A stretch of DNA of 64,000 nt from the human T2T-CHM13v2.0 reference genome, Homo sapiens: NCBI RefSeq assembly GCF_009914755.1, contig NC_060936.1. One strand, 5' to 3'. The stretch's first letter is position 1. Every line of letters starts with the position of its first letter. This document shows, in pieces, positions 56,097-64,000 of this stretch. The translations under genes were made by a program, and so were the position numbers. The notes under the pieces are model-generated. The model was not told where the DNA came from. It saw nothing but the letters and a program-made list of their open reading frames with translations, and made no database searches.

Positions 56097-57980
56097 CAGA
56101 TCTGGCACTGTCACTTAGGAAATGCATGGCATTGGGAAAGAATTCCTTCCTCACAAAGTCATCCTGATGGTTTTCTTAGCTACTGTGTGTGAATATGAAA
56201 GCGTGGCATCTGGGATATGTAAAATATGCTTGATAAAATTTCTCATCTCTCCAGGTGACAGGAACAGCATGAGCTTGTTGTCCTCACAACCTTGCTGTTC
56301 CTGTCATCTTCTCTCCAGGCGACAGGAACAGCAGGGTTGTGAGGGCTTGCTTCTGATACTTTAGCAACTGTTTGAGCTCAGTCTGGTTTGAGTGAAGGCT
56401 CATAGTAAAGCTATGATTACATAAAATTGAGATGTTATTCATATTTTACACAATCTTCTTAAGTAAAACTCTAATAAAATCCAGAGTTAACTAATTTACA
56501 TGTAACTATAAAGTTCTTTATGTTAAGGAAACATGATTTGTCCAGCATAAGAAAATACTTTATTTCTTAGAAAGCAATATTCCTTGTTCACCTTGCTTCT
56601 TCTAAGGGAAGAAAAATTATATCTCTTATAATTACAGAATCATTTTCTGTTTTGGGGGATTTGGAGTTAGTGAGACTAAAAAACAATTTTGTGGGGTTTC
56701 ATTCAGCTATTAGTTATTTTCCTTACTAACTACTGTCTCCCCTCACCAACTTCTATTGAAAAACCACAGCACAACCTGGCTAGTTCATTTTTAACAAAAA
56801 TAACATGACTTGGAAATTGTGCTGCTGGTGCACATCTGGACTTCACCACTTAATCCTCACCATGAGAAGCACGAGGTGAGGTTTCATTATGGCCACCGTG
56901 TGAAGCTAAAATGGGGACTTCCCCTGGGAGTCTCCAGGGTGTACATTCCTGTGTCTGAGGCCAGCATGCTCCGGCAGTGACTCCCCAGGCCACTATTTTT
57001 GGACACCAGCTAGATTGTTCAATATGATACTTTGTTGTTTTTAAAAAGAGCCCAAAAAGGAGTCTGTGTGGGTGAAAGTGTGATTTTTGGAGTGCTTCTA
57101 CTTCTGCATTCCCCAATTTTTGTTTTTCTCAGTTTACTGCCAGCCATATTATAGAACTTCTCTGGGGTATGAAGAAGTTGAATGACAGGCCTTTATGCAT
57201 ATACAGGAATTACTCATTCAACTTCTGCTGTGCAGCTGCCCAGGACTCTTCAAGGATGAGAGAACAGTAAACAAGAATGCATCAAAAATCTAGGACTGGG
57301 CAAAGGGCTAAAACAAAAGAATTATTTTTAATGGGAAAATGAACTAAGGAACCTCCTCTGATCATGAACATATAAGACATAGAGTAGTGGGAAAAGTTAG
57401 GTTTTGTAATCTAGCACGTAGAGATTTGAATTCTGTCTCCACCATTTCCTATCCATCCTCCTGCTCCATATTTCTTTGAATGTGTTACCTAATGTCATAT
57501 GTTTCAGTTCTTCCATGTATAAAATGCGATCAAATAATAGTGATAATAGCTAACATTTATTGTGTACTTACTTTATGGAAGATTCTGTGCTAAGCACATT
57601 GCACATAGTATCTCATTTAAATCCAAGAGGTAGGAACTATTATTATTCCTATGTTCAGGCATAAATACTGAGGTGGCTTAGAGGTGAAACAAGTGTTTTG
57701 CAGGATAGCTAAAGATATCGTAGGCCAGGCATGGAGGCTCACGACTGTAATCCCAGCACTTTGGGAAGCTGAGGCCGGTGGATCACTTGAGGTCAGGAGT
57801 TTGAGATCAGCCTGGGCTACATAGTGAGACCTTGTCTTGAAAAAAATAATAATAATAACATAAACAAGTGTCTCAGCATGTTGCACAGAAGTTACTCTAT
57901 AAATAATAACTGTTTTTATAAAATATTATCTTACGATAACTGCCATATTTAATAATGGTATATTAGAAGATGAGATATTT

Positions 57981-59316
57981 CAACACCACACATCTACAAC
58001 CGTTTGATCTTTGACAAACCTGACAAACACAAGCAATGGGGAAAGGATTCCCTATTTAATAAATGGTGCTGGGAAAACTGGCTAGCCATATGCAGAAAAC
58101 AGAAAACTGGACCACTTCCTTACATCTTATACAAAAATTAACTCAAGAGGGATTAAATACTTACATGTAAAAAGCAAAATCATAAAAACTCTAGAAGAAA
58201 ACCTAGGCAATACCATTCAGGACATAGGCATGGGCAAAGACTTCATGACTAAAACACCAAAAGCAATGGCAACAAAAGCCAAAATTGACAAATGGGATCT
58301 AATTAAACTAAAGAGCTTCTGCACAGCAAAAGAAACTCATCAGAGTGAACAGGCAACCTACAGAATGGGAAAAAAATTTTGCAATCTAACCATCTGACAA
58401 AGATCTAATATCCAGAATCTACAAGGAACTTAAACAAATTTACAAGAAAAAAAACAAACAACCCCAGCAAAAAGTGGGCAAAGGATATGAGCAGACACTT
58501 CTCAGAAGAAGACATTCTTGTGGCCAACAAACATGAAAAAAAGCTCATCATCACTGGTCATTAGAGAAATCCAAATCAAAACCACAATGAGATACCATCT
58601 CATGCCAGTTAGAATGGTGATTATTAAGTCAGGAAACAACAGATGCTGGTGAGGCTGTGGAGAAATAGGAATGCTTTTACACTGTTGGTGGGAGTGTAAA
58701 TTAGTTGAACCATTGTGGAAGACGGTGTGACAATTCCTCAAGGATCTAGAACCAGAAATACCACTTGACCCAGCAATCCCATTACTGGGTATATACCCAA
58801 AGGGTTATAAATCATTCTACTATAAAGACACATGCACATGTATGTTTATTGCAGCACTATTGACAATAGCAAAGACTTGGAACCAACCCAAATGCCCATC
58901 AATGATAGACTGGATAAAGAAAATGTGGCACATTTATGCCATGGAATACTATGCAGCCATAAAAAGAATGAGTTCATGTCCTTTGCAGGAACATGGATGA
59001 AGCTGGAAACCATCATTCTCACCAAACACAGGAACAGAAAACCAAACACCGCATGTTCTCACTCATAAGTGGGAGTTGCACAATGAGAACACATGGACAC
59101 AGGGAGGGGAACATCACACACCAGGGCCTGTTGGGGGATGGGGGGCAAGGGGACAGAGAGCATTAGGACAAATACCTAATGCATGCAGGGCTTAAAACCT
59201 AGATGATGGGTTGACAGGTGCAGCAAACCACCATGGCACATGTATACCTATGCAACAAACCTGCACGTTCTGCACATGTATCCCAGAACTCAAAGTAAAA
59301 TTAAAAAAAAAAAAAA
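57981..59316 (+). mobile_element. 5'-truncated L1PA (L1PA7/8-like): 3' part of ORF2, 3'UTR and poly(A)
   Basis: Typical L1 3' end; TSD TAGAAGAYGAGATATTTCAA (57964-57983 / 59367-59386). Confidence 0.9.
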
Positions 59317-60178
59317 GAATAACCAAAATTTCGTCTTTCTACTTCAAAGCTTCCCTTAAAAAAACGTAGAAGACGAGATATTTCAAAAATATAAGTTGTC
59401 ACCATCAACAAGTTATCTGCACCCATAGTTCCAAGTTTTCTGATTAGTTATGAAATATGAGTAGATTTATGGTTCTCACATTTTGGTGTGAGTGAGTGAG
59501 TGCATAAAATTGCAGATTCTACAAATTTTGATTTCATGCATCCCAGGGCTCTGCCGTTTTGAAAAACATGCCAATAATTCATTCCAAATCTGGTGGTCAG
59601 TTTGGAGCCAAACTTTGATAGATATTGGCCTAGAAGATCTCCAAAGTCTCATCCAGCTCTAAAACGACAATATATATATTTTTAAACTGTCATGGGGTTA
59701 TGGGGAAAAGGAGGTCGCTTTTCAACAAATTGAAATGCCAGGGAAAATTAGAGGTGCTCCAAATCACATGGAACTCTTCACAGGGTTTTTTTCTTTGTGG
59801 GTAGATACATTCCAAAGACCAAATTCCATATTAGTTGTTTGCTCAGAGATGCAATGTAAAGACTGATATGATTCCAAAGACTAGTAGAATAAATCTTGAC
59901 CCAATTAGCTCTAAAATGGATGAGGGACAGTTCCTAAGGAAATTATAGCATATTAGAAACAACATGTTTTCTGTAGAATTGCCATTCTCATCTATAAAGA
60001 TATTTCTTTCTAGAGAGTCTCGAAGTCCTGGAACCATGTTGGTAAATTCTTCCTCCTTGGTTCTCTTTTTCTTTTAGGGTCTGCACGGATGATTGCCTTT
60101 CTACTAATCAAATCACAACCCCTCTTGATTTCATTAAAATCAGTGTCCTTAATGAGATTTGAGAAGCAAACGAATTGA

Positions 60179-61544
<1,366 letters not shown>

Positions 61545-61574
61545 TCAATTTCACCTTAATTTTTAAAAATCCTG

Positions 61575-64000
<2,426 letters not shown>

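Overview
This is primate genomic DNA, almost certainly human: it is dense in Alu elements, contains an SVA, and the AICDA exons match my recollection of the human cDNA. The only intact protein-coding gene is AICDA (activation-induced cytidine deaminase) on the minus strand, TSS ~40320 to 3' end ~29620. Its five coding exons (8+148+271+116+54 = 597 nt, 198 aa) have canonical GT-AG junctions. I can also locate promoter motifs, intron-1 E-boxes, 3'UTR miR-155/miR-29/miR-181 sites and a candidate distal NF-kB/STAT/C-EBP enhancer at ~55.5-57 kb. The rest is mostly repeat: dozens of Alus, L1/L2/MIR fragments, solo LTRs (LTR13, LTR22, LTR5B-like, THE1, MST, MER21), a full-length SVA, a MADE1, Y1-RNA and SCARNA11-like retrocopies, and a disabled HADHA processed pseudogene at the right edge. 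The most unusual signals are: a strongly G-depleted LTR that may be APOBEC-hypermutated; three template-switch scars (two direct-inverted-direct micro-triplications and one templated insertion); short 3' transductions on the SVA and an L1; an SVA lying between the AICDA promoter and its candidate enhancer; and LTR-borne CTCF and NF-kB motifs. I see no new multi-gene system. Repeat family names come from memory of consensus sequences, and many repeat boundaries are approximate.
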